DNA of 62,731 bases, the filler included, from Sluysia triapertura (taxonomy: Eukaryota): NCBI GenBank assembly GCA_046118255.1. It is 4 parts of 4 records of this genome, joined end to end, with 100 filler letters (N's around TTAATTAATTAA, not from the genome) between each part and the next. Parts side by side here need not be neighbours in the genome. Positions count along the whole stretch, not along the records: positions 51,287 to 62,731 come from JBJNIA010184657.1; 3 more parts are not named here. The stretch is one strand, 5' to 3'. Position numbers and translations under genes: made by a program. This document shows positions 51,287-62,731 of the stretch, in pieces. How positions within the stretch are numbered: the first letter of the stretch is position 1; every line of letters begins with the position of its first letter. The notes beneath the pieces were generated by a model. It was not told where the DNA came from and did not search any database. It saw only the letters and a list, made by a program, of their open reading frames with translations.

Positions 51287-53202
51287 CTAACTTAAAATAA
51301 TAAAATTAAATAATAAATCTATTTCAAAATAAAATTTTAAAATATTTTTCATTTCATTTGTTTAAATAAAGTAAAAGAATAAATAATATACATTGCAATA
51401 TGGCTAAAAAATATGGATATAAATAGTTTTGTTTTACAATGGAATTACACAGAGAAAATAAAAGAAAGTTTAATCTAAAAATTGGAACAATATTTTTGGC
51501 CATTTCTCAATTCCATGAAATCAAGTTTTTATATTCTTACCATATAAGGAAGGATAAAAATAAACTTAAAATCATCTAATTTTACAAGACCTTAATAAGA
51601 TTTGTTTAATTTAGTTTTTAAACTTCACACAGTTACTAAGAAAGTTCTTTTTCTTAAGTTACTCTATAAACTCAGTATTTTTACTATATTTTTGTGTATC
51701 GATCATTTACGTAAAATTATTTTGTACATTTTATCGACCATTTACATAATATACTTTTGTGGTAATTCTTTGTTATCCTATAAATTTACACTAAATTATT
51801 GATTGATTCACTAGACCTTAATAAGGCTCATTTAAAGTCTAATATTACTAACATATTTTAACGTGTACGCTAGACCATAACCGGCTAGCTTAATTGATTT
51901 AGAAACTATACCCATAATCTGGATGATTTAATTTGTTTAATTTATATAAGTTTTGGAATTAATCTTTGTTAAGCGTACCGAAAGGTTTCAGTAAATTCAT
52001 TTAGTATTATAACTATATTAAAATCCTAATAGACCGCTTTCGGGCAAATATAAGTGGCCTCTGTTAGGTGAACTCTTCAGATAAAAATATTTTTTCAAAA
52101 GTTTTTTTAGTATAAAAACCCAGCAATAACAATAAAACATGAATTTTTTACTTTAGAATAGAATATGTACAGAAAATAATGTGGTTAAATGATTAAATTT
52201 TGGGGTTTAGTTGTTTGATGACTTACATTACTTATATTTAAAATTTTATGTTTAAGTTTATTGCTAAAATCATTACGAAAAATTTACCAAGGTTTGTGTA
52301 TTAAAAAAGGCTAAAAGACGATAAAATTATTTATTAAATTTAATTTTTCAACTACTACTTCATTATTTATTTCAAAAATAACAAAAATAACACCAAAAGT
52401 ATTTATTAACTACACTATGATACTCTAAATTGTTCTTGCATCCTCATACTTTATATCTGATTGGTCAGCCTTTTCCAACCTCGCTTCATTTCCAGTGTAG
52501 CAAGAGAAGCTTCCATAATCAAATATATCCATTCGAGACCAACAAACGAATGGATTTAATTGATAAGGGATTATAGTAGCAAATCTCAATTTCAGATAAA
52601 GGCTTAGCCGCACTATAATTTTATAATAATAATTTTTTGCATGTATCAGTGATATGTAATTGAAAAGGATCTTTTAGCGAACTATTTAGATAATAGGTTT
52701 CTAACGCCTGTTCAGTAATAGATAAAGATTGTCCAATTCTAAAAGTGACAATTCCTTTTTTCATTATTTATATCAGTTATATTCAATTTACCTGATCCCT
52801 CTAATTTACAGTCATTTATTACATTATTACAGCTATAACATTGATATCCAAATCAGTATTACTTTGAATTTCATCTAACTTTTCTCGAAATCTTCGAACT
52901 AAATCAGGTATGATAGGATATTCTGACATTTTTAATATTCGTTTAGTGTTTTGGTCGGACTCGTCATATTCACTGATAGTAATAAGAGAAATCTTTAATG
53001 TTTATTCTAAATTTTTACAATGTTTTCTTATACGGTCATTACAATACTTTATGTATTTAGTTGAATTGATAAGTTTATTTAATTTTCTGTTTACACAACT
53101 TATATTTTATTGATTTAATTATGTATACCTTAAATAACATTGGTAGTCGAAATAATAGTTTTAGTCAAAAAATTCACTTAATGGACATTATAACTTTCAC
53201 AG

Positions 53203-53482
53203 ATCCTTGACAGCATTCAATCGTGTATTTGTCAGTCTTCGTCGGCAAGATCCAAATACAGTATGTTATCGAGACACAAAGTTGACACATTTATTGAAAC
53301 CTTTTCTAACTAACAGTGGAAAATGTGCTTTAATTATCACAGTTCGTACCGATAGACGTAGTCTAAGTTCAACTCAAAATACACTAAGATTCGGTCGAGA
53401 AACTCGTGGTGTTACCCTGGGTAAAGCACGCCGTCAACAAGTAAATCCCGTATCTCAATCAACACCATCTAATATTACTTAG
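53203..53482 (+). CDS. Terminal exon of a C-terminal-motor kinesin (kinesin-14-like)
   Basis: Acceptor TTTCACAG; SLTAFNRVFVSL..YRDTKLTHLLKPFL..GK..TQNTLRFG..GVTLGKARRQ, then stop. Confidence 0.85.
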
Positions 53483-54629
53483 TAATTAATTTAAAAAGCG
53501 TTCTTGCCAAGCATTATTCGTGTTAGTCAAAAAAGTGATTTATATAGAAATAGTTAGTTATATTTATCACAAAAAATTTCGGACGTAAATATATTAATGA
53601 GTTTAATTTAGTTTCATTTATTAACATTTTATTGTAAAACAATGATAAAAATTGAGTGATATTTTTTTAAATGAATAATTAAGCTAAGTATATTTTAACA
53701 CACATACTGTGTTATTCCATGAATTCATATACACAGTATTTGTATTGTTATAGATTTAAAGCATTCAAAATAGTGCAATAAGTAACACTAATAATAAATT
53801 AAATTTATTCAAATAAATGAAAGTTCAAGTTCGATTTTTACCCAATCTTAAATCGAAATTGGTTTTTACATCCAAAGGAATGATAGTAGCACTTTTTTCA
53901 TAGCTCCAAAGAAAGTATCATATAATATAGATGAAAAGAAGTAATATTATTTAGAGTTTTAATTAAGAATAATTCAGTTTTATGAAATATTTTAAATAAA
54001 AATAAATTTTAATCATGCAAATTATGGAAAAAAATTTATAGATTTATTTACAATTACCTATTCTATCTTCATTTTTGAAAAAATTTCGCACAAAAGTAAA
54101 TCTGTGTAATGATATTGAACAATGTCAAAAAATAAGCTTATAAAATAGGAATTGTATTTAACAAAATAAAAATAAATTTAAAAAAAAGATCAGAAGATAA
54201 ATATAGTACAAAAAATGCAATATTTAATTGTAAATAAGCATGAAAGTGAAGGTGCATTTTTTCGAAACCTATTTTATTCCGTATAATTATTCGGTGTACC
54301 ATGTGTAATGGCCGGGGTATTATCGCATTTAATTTGAAATTAAACGTTAAAATATTACTACAAATACAACCAGACTTAAGGTCTGTATAATCATTAACAT
54401 AGCTATTACTAGTTTCATTAATAACAAATTGAAAGCGCAAGTAACGCTTTATATTGAAAGATTTGAAAAAAGATTTTAAAATGTAAAGATTAACATAGTT
54501 ATTACTAATTTCATTAATAACAAATTGAAAACACATTGCGGTTTCGTATGGATAAACAAAATGTAAGTAACTAAAATATAGTAAAAAATATAAATCAAAA
54601 ACTAAAAATTTAACCAAATAACTATCGAC

Positions 54630-55554
54630 CTTTCTCGTAATTAATACTTCCAATTTACGTATATTGACCACAAAAAGTGATGGACTGCGAACCACGACAT
54701 CTAATTTAATTTCAGACCATATGTCACTGTTTCGAGAGAAACCTTCAATGAATCGTAGGTTGCGTTGCAAACCCTTTTCGAATTGTTTGATATGAGAGCA
54801 GAAAACCTGCTTATTCTGTACACCTCTAAAAGATGATATTGATACAAAAGTGCCATCAATTTGACCAAATCCTGCCTTTAACTGATATTTGTATTGTCGA
54901 ATCATTTCAATCCAGTCACGATCACGTTTTTTATTGTTGGAAATAGCAGAAACAATTTGCGACAACTTCAAATCTTCTAAAGGGCATAAAATGCGCGAAA
55001 ATTCATTTAGTTCTACATTTAAATAATTCTTATTATTGCTCCAAGGATAAATAGACGATGAAAGTGCCATAAGAGCAGGAATTTGGTTTGTTGGGTGCTC
55101 TAAAAATAGAGAACTATTGTTAGTCGAATGGAGTCCAATGAATGGCAGCTTGTGAGCAGAAGTTATTACTAGTCCTAACTTGCATAATGAAGACAATGGT
55201 AGTATCGAGTTATAATACCGTAAAGGCGAATCTCCGCTAGAATCTGAAGGCGTTGTTAAACAATTTACAATTTGTTGAAATTTACATTCGTCACGAATTT
55301 CTTCACTTAATTTACAACTTAGCCCAGAACCTGTTCCACCACCAATCTGTGAATAAAATTACATCCGACATAATAATCACGTCTTTCTATTATTTTACGA
55401 AAAGTTTCATTATAATCATAAAACCAATTAGAACCTCTTCCACAATTGGCATGTATTAAATTTTCACTGCGTAACATACGATTTATTTTTTGATCCCTTT
55501 TAATTTTAACTATAACTTTAGGTTTCTGCATAACACGATTATCTTTTACGCTTT
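54630..55554 (-). pseudogene. Zeta-tubulin-like (ZED group) locus with apparent frameshift
   Basis: PKVI..SENLIHANCGRGSNWFY..ERRDYYVGCNFIH[-1 nt]IGGGTGSGLSCKLSEEIRDE..GDSPLRYYNSILPLSSL..ILCPLEDLK; tubulin signature GGGTGSG at 55343-55323; 3' boundary approximate. Confidence 0.75.
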
Positions 55555-56038
55555 CTAAAGTATTGACTGTTTATAATTTTGTACAGTATATAATTTCAAT
55601 AACAAAAAACTATAATTAGTAACACAAGCATATAATATTAGTAACTTAACACAAATGATGAAAATTCAAACAAAACATTCTTTAAATAATTTTATCTCAA
55701 CATGTGTCATAAGAACTATTTTACAAGCACTGTCTCATCATCAAATCATAGATGAATTAGATTAAGCGAATAGTTTATTCTTTACAATAAATGTACTCAT
55801 TGTATTTGCACCTTTAATTTATCCAGAAAACTATCGTTTATATAAGACCAATTGAAGTAAAAATACAATAAATCGGACTTGCAAATTTATGTTTGACATT
55901 AATTTTTTTTTGTAACTATAGGTATTAAACATAAGACTAATTTATTTTAAAACAAAATTTATTGTTATTTTAATTATATGTTTAGTAAAAATATTTTCCA
56001 TAGGTTTGTTACATTGTTTTCTGATTTTGTACATACAC

Positions 56039-57610
56039 CTATCCCACGATTTATTTATAGCTACATTAGATATACTATCTCTATCTTTATGATCTGGTGT
56101 TTCTTTTACATTAAATTCTAAAACATAATCACTATTACTCGATGCACTTGATAATTGTTTGTTAATAGGCTCTTGTTGAGATCCTGAATCTGCTCGAACT
56201 TTGTGATGTTCTAAAAACCATTTTCGTAGCAAAGCAATTCCTTTTTCTAGTCGACTGGGACCATTAAGTTGTGGCATTTGGTATCGTATCATCATAGGAC
56301 TTCCATGTCCATCATCAAATTCTACATTACCTAAGGTGTCAGATTCTTCGCTTTGTAATTTTATCGTATGCGTTGAAGTCGTATCAGCATACTGTGAATT
56401 AGCAATTATGGGTGAAAGAATATTCTTATTTTCAGATTCCATAGAATTTTCAATCATTTCTATTGCTTGCCACTCTAGTAAACGACGTGTTAATTTACGA
56501 TAAAATATACGACGACAGTCTTTCCATTCTATTACTCCATGCAAAACACCTTTTGACATCATTCGACCGGGTGTGTCATGAAGAGCGACAAATGAAACTG
56601 CAATCTACAAAAAACTTTAGTTAAACATATGCTACTTATTACAGTAAATAAAATGTATTGGTGAAAAATTTAAACAGTACTTGATGATATATTGGCATAA
56701 CATGTGCAATGCGAGATTTTATTTTACGTTCTAAAGACGCACGACGATCTAAATCTTTCTTTTCTAAATTGGTGATTTCTTTTCGCAACGCTATACATTC
56801 TGAATCTAGTCGTAATATAGTCTAAACAAAAATGATGAATATAACATTTAATAAATTTGTACTTTTTCAATATCACGATTCTTGTATTTAATTTCAACAG
56901 TTCCTTCTGGTTCTAAAACTCCACCATGTGATGTGTAATTATCTGCATACATTTCAATAAAATCTGGATTTATATTGTAATCAAGTACTACCCAGGCACC
57001 ACCTCTTAATTCACAATAAGGCGGAATATAGACGAATACTGGCCTTGTATAACGCTTTAATTCATCAACGATATAAGAACCGAATTTTAATACCTTGATA
57101 TATAAAATTCAGTTAATACATAAATTAAAACATCATATAAAATAAATAAGTTTCGAAAAATATAATACAATATAATATAATATATAATAATAAAAGCAAA
57201 CCTCATCATACATATCCATCATTCCACCAGAAAATCCCCTCCAGTTAGCAAGAATAAAAAGTGGTAACTCTTCACGTGCAAAGTCTCGAATAGCTTGAGC
57301 AGTTTTATAAGATGACGATGGAAACCATACTTGACCTGCATGCTGAACTTGTTGAAACTCTGAGGACGGATTTGCAGGATCAGCTGGTCTCTCCGTAGTT
57401 ACTGTTCTGGTTTCTGGAGTTATAACCCCTACTGGTATTCCACCAAGTCTTGCTCGACCAACTATTACGTTACTCGCCCAGTCATGAAGAATTTCACACC
57501 AAGAATTTCGATCAAAAATACCTCCATACCAAACCACTTTATTTTCTGTTAATCCTGTTATCATCAGACGAGGATCAACAGCAGTGTTTGCGTTCTGACA
57601 CACCAATTGA
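56039..57610 (-). CDS. ACC: Acetyl-CoA carboxylase, carboxyltransferase 3' exons 57610-57202, 57093-56863, 56821-56681, 56604-56039
   Basis: [77 protein letters not shown]; GT-AG junctions in frame. Confidence 0.95.
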
Positions 57611-60600
57611 CTAAATTATCAATATATATATCAAGTTCATTTCATTTTACTTAAAACGATAGAAAACTTTTAATCTTTTAAGATTTACTTATTTATGTTC
57701 AATATTTTACTAAAAATTTCACTAACAATTATAACATTAAAATTTCATACTTTTCATAGCACAATTCAAACTAAACGTATAACACTTAAAAAGTTTAAGA
57801 TTTAAAATCTTAATTTTTAAAGACTACAATACCTTTTGTAATGAAACTTTTGTATAAACAATTCTTTTCTCCTATGTTACGTATTTATGCCTTATTAAAG
57901 TTTAGTAAAATTAAAAACGAGTCGTTAAAAATTCCGAACAATTTTGATTCACAATTTAGTAGAATAGTGAGGATTAATTTTATATGGCAACTGCTAGTCA
58001 ATCAGCACATCTTCATTATCAAGTTTAAGAAAATGAAATGAAAAAAAAAGAAAAGGTTGGAAAATTTTTAACGTTGAAGCAGATGGTACTTGCTTGTTTC
58101 GTGCAGTGGAAATATTTGGAAATGAAGACAAACATAAACTCATTCGAGATCAATTTATAAATAACATGAAACAAAGTTGAGAACACTTTTCACAATTTAT
58201 ATCAGAATATTTTGATCTATACTTAAAAACTTTAATGAGTAGTGCAGTTTGTATCATCAATTCACACAATCAGGTGTGTTACAGGAAAGAGTTCATGCTT
58301 GTTGTCGGTTTCATGAGTGTCGAACCCTTTATAAATGGTACTATTATAGTAATAAGAGTTATTTTTTATTCCAATAAGAGTGCAGGCCGGCACTAAATAA
58401 TGTTTTTAAAAATAATTTACATGTTCAAATTTTGTTGCTTGGAATTTTATGCACTTGTAATTTAGAAATATTTTACAAATTTGGAAATTAAAAATTAATA
58501 TTTTAAAAAGAATAATTAAAATGGTACAAGACTTTGTTTAAATATTTTAAAAAAAATATTCGCCTTTTTCATACATTTATAAATTTCTATTTATAATATA
58601 TAGTATAATTAAAATTTAATTCAAAACAAAAACATTATAGTTATATCATTACATGAACACAATTGCTGAATGACAAATATTATAGTCAATGCAAATTTGT
58701 AGTACTCGTAATTGTAGTAGTAATGAAAGTAGAACTCAATATTCAGATTAAGGTTGTTTGTAAACTCATAATAATAACTATTTGATGTGTGTTGTGATAA
58801 CAACTATATCTATTATTAATTGATGTGTGACTGTGTATTTATTGATTTTAACCATAATATTTTTTGATTATTTAATAGTAAATTAATAACTGTTATTTAT
58901 TAATATTTATTTTTCACAATATTTATTGATTTTCATCATAATTTTGTAATTTACATAAATATAATTATAATGTAAGTAACTATCTTTAATTTTATTACTT
59001 AATCCATGTATTAAAATTATTAAGTGATTGTTTAAATCCATTCTAAATAGTGCAAGGTCAGTTTTAAAACTAATATAAATACGCTACATTTTATAATTAA
59101 ACACACTTTTTTAAATATCATTTTGATAGTTTGCTTTAAAATTTGGAAAAGCGGAATTTTTTGCCAAATAAAATTCGTTAATTTGTTTTTATTAAGTTAT
59201 AGTACTTTTAGTACACTCGTAACATACTTAAATTACCATTGTATATTTTAGAACCATTTAAAGGTTTTTTTTGTAAAATACTAAGCAAAATCATTTTTGT
59301 TAAAATTAACTTCACTAAGTTAATTTCGTATTCTCACTATCAATAATTATTAATTTTTTGTAAGAATTTTTACTTGTATGTTTGTCTTTAATAATATATA
59401 TTTTTATTTGTTCCTAGCACTTATCACTATTATTATTGTTATTATTTCTGCTACTTCCACTTTTATATGTTTCATTATATTGCTCAAAATCGTTTATCAT
59501 TCATTACAACACATCTAAAACATAAAGAACCTTAGTAAAAATTATGATTTTATTAAAAGAACACTTGCATAGCAAATTCATTCAAATACATTGTTTTAAT
59601 TTATAGTCTTATGTATACTTTCACTTATTGTTTCTTTTATGTATGTATATATCTATTTATTTCTCTATATTTATGTACATACCTTTCTCATTATCGTTTT
59701 TAGTATTTTATCATTAATGACAAGTTTAAAATTTTCGCTAGGCATGTTTTTTCGTTCAAAACATCAGTATACACTTTTACCATGTTTTTCTTAAAATTGA
59801 AAACAATAATTAAAATTTAACGTTTATGAAGTGGAAATGATTTTTAAATTGTACGGGATATTTATAAAATTACAATAAAAACGTTTAAAATTTATATATT
59901 TAAAAATTAATACTTAATTAGCTAAAAAAGTAATAATAATTTAAATGATCGATAATTACCTAGTCACTGCTAGGCTTAATTAACTTTTAAAATTTTTATA
60001 TTGAAATTACTTGTTATATAAATTACTCTGTTAGATTAATAAAATTATGCATATTTATAATTTGGAATAGTCATTTCTTAGTTGTAGGTAAAAACCTAAA
60101 TTTCGGACATGGTTTAACAACAAACCAGAGTCATCATGGTTATTCATTTTAATGTAGATTTTCAAAATATTTATATTATTTTATGTTGTGATCAAGAAAC
60201 TAATCATAGAAACCCTAATTCTCAATTACTATTATTCAGTCAATATATCATTTGAAATGACATTTATTATCAAACTAATTTAACGGTGAAAGAACCAATA
60301 ATCAAATTGAAGTCTTTGGCATTCTTTACTGGTTCGAATTATCCAAGTATGGTAGTATGTATAATTTCATTGGATTTCGAGTATGATTTATTCACTTTAT
60401 CTCTACATTTTATGCTACTTAAAGTTCTAGTTCTCGTTGTTTTATTATTTAATACAGGGTTTGTTTATTTTGTTTTTTTCTTTGTTCATATTACAATTTG
60501 TTAGTTATTTTAACGACGTTTAACCTTACAAGCAAAATGTTAGAATTTTGTCTAAGGTTAAACAATTTTAATGTAAAAAAAATTAATGAAAAATTTCGTT

Positions 60601-62659
60601 ATAATTACGAACTAATCGAAGATTTAACCATTTATATTTGAGGCCAAATCCTAAAACTAAAATGAGTTTTATCTGAAATAAAAATAATTTTTTTGAATTA
60701 CATACGGTCATTGTTATTAATATACTTTACTTTGTTTACAATCGATTTATTATAAGCATTATAAATATAATTAAAATAAATTCACGCAAGTTTCGATGCC
60801 TGTAAAGCAATATAAAATATTTCAAATTTTTGAATATTGGTAATTTAATTTAAAATCAGCAAGAAAATCAATAGATAATTTTATTACATATATTTTTTCT
60901 GATGTAATGTTTTAGAGTAATAATTTAGCCCATATTGAAATTAGACTTAATGTAGCAGGACAGTACAGATTGATGTAGATGTTGGGAATGAAATGTTGTT
61001 GAGCCGAGTAGATTTCACAAAATTTGAAAGAAGCGTTATTTAGAATTTTTGAAATGAGTCTATCTTTGTTACTTATAAAGTAATTGGTATTGCAAACGTT
61101 CTTTGTATAAATTAAAATCAATTTTCATAGTTTCATAACATAGAATTTCGTTAATATCTAAATGTACAGAGTAATTGAATCTTTTTCCATCATTTTATAT
61201 TAACTCTATTTAATATACTTTTTATAACTTTCACAATATTTGATCTTAAACTTAAGAAAAGCTCTTCAATACCTTTTAGATCGTTATATAAGTTACACTT
61301 AGCGATTTAATTAAAATATAAATCAGTTTCGAATTTTGGTTAAGATTTATTTCAATTTCAAAGTCGAATAATGAAAATCGGGAGAGTTTGTCTCAACTTA
61401 GATTTCGTGGAGGTTCGTATTATTTTTTGTTTACAATTTATAGTGAATTGCCTTTTATTTAGTATTTGGCGAAAATTCAGAATTGTAACATTAATGAGAA
61501 TGCAATCTACTCTATATATGTCAAAAAGACAATAAACAACTTGAATTCTAATATACATTTATTTTATACTAAAATGATACAATACATAATAAAAATAAAA
61601 CTTAAAAGACTTATTAAATGGTTTATTCAAAATGTAAATTGAGAGATATGAACTGTTATAGATTCTTCGTAACACTATGAATTATTTCCGCAGGATAATA
61701 ATGAATTGTTAATTTATCTCGATAAAGAGTAAATTTTAACAAGCTATTAGAATCACTATTTTACTGAGCCTACCCATCATTTTACTTTCATACTGACTTT
61801 TCATTACTTTAAAATAAACATTGATATAAAACATCATTTTCATGATATTTGTACGTATAGTCATAGCTTTCGCTTAAATTTTTATACACAACGTTATCAT
61901 TTATTTGACTTAACTGAATTTTTTAACATGAACATTAAATTAGTATTCTCATAATCGTTCATCAATTGATATTGTGAAGAATCTGAAAATACATTCAAAT
62001 TCGATAAGAGTAGTGATCCAGAATTGTGTTTTATCAAACCTAATGCTGAATATTTTTTTCCACCAATAAGTTAACTTGAGGTTGTGCAACTAGACATGCA
62101 GAATCCGTAAATGCATAATTAACCACAGCAGATTTTAAGTTACTAAAGAGATCTGAAACGCATGTTAATGCTGGTTCGCAATGATTTTAAAATCATCAGC
62201 AAAAAATTTTATTTTAAAAGGTCGTACTGATATACTCATAGCACATAAATATTAACTTGATAACCATTAGAAAGTGGATGTTTTTCTTTGTTAGTAAGTA
62301 CATCAATACAAATATCAAATCTCAACAACTTTTCTCAAACTTTTAACAATAAAGCACGAAACATAATCAGACAATTACCAAACGATTACCAAGGTTTGCT
62401 TAAAATTTAATTTCTAACTTATTTTAATACCTTTTTCCATGTAATAAAATTATTTTTCTTCAGCTAACTAAAGATGACATACAAACAATATTTGCCTGCA
62501 TTACACCTTCACTGAAACAAAATATGAATTGGAAGCTATTACAGGAATTCACATTTCATTTGTTTGGTGGCGAAATCAGTAAATGAATTCGCTATTGACA
62601 AAATAATTACCTAAAGTTAATACCTGTGAGAGCTAAATTAAATTTACGATATTAATTGA

Positions 62660-62731
<72 letters not shown>

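Noticed and set aside
51960-52080. Small GNRA-type hairpin and GC patch as an ncRNA or spliced-leader gene
   Set aside because: Only 3-4 bp stems; no splice donor plus Sm-site arrangement recognised
54138-54630. C-terminal tail of the 352-aa ORF with repeated FQFVINE
   Set aside because: Caused by a 42-bp direct repeat (54393-54434, 54489-54530) in intron-like AT-rich DNA

Overview
Very AT-rich eukaryotic (animal, possibly flatworm-like; the taxon is an inference) genomic DNA with GT-AG introns and (ATT)n microsatellites. It is four unrelated contigs joined by artificial N-TTAATTAATTAA-N linkers (15776-15875, 32776-32875, 51187-51286). Contig 1: intronless LARP7 (+) and a 7-exon CCT4 (-) whose last exon was not found. 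Contig 2: 3' exons of VPS50 (-), with a tandem pair of decayed RLE-type non-LTR retrotransposons in one intron. Contig 3: an unknown gene fragment, a chimeric PA2G4 pseudogene, an Ig-superfamily gene and hAT/Tc1/MITE relics. Contig 4: last exon of a C-terminal kinesin (+), a frameshifted zeta-tubulin-like locus that the ORF track obscures (-) and 3' exons of acetyl-CoA carboxylase (-). Top finds: (1) a complete 376-bp miniature LTR retroelement (TSD, PBS, PPT) whose LTRs each contain a tRNA-Ala-like Pol III gene; (2) a repeated solo-LTR-like element carrying an 8-pentamer heat-shock element, CCAAT and TATA, twice at the chaperonin gene; (3) the zeta-tubulin locus. Family assignments come from motifs I recognise, not from database searches.
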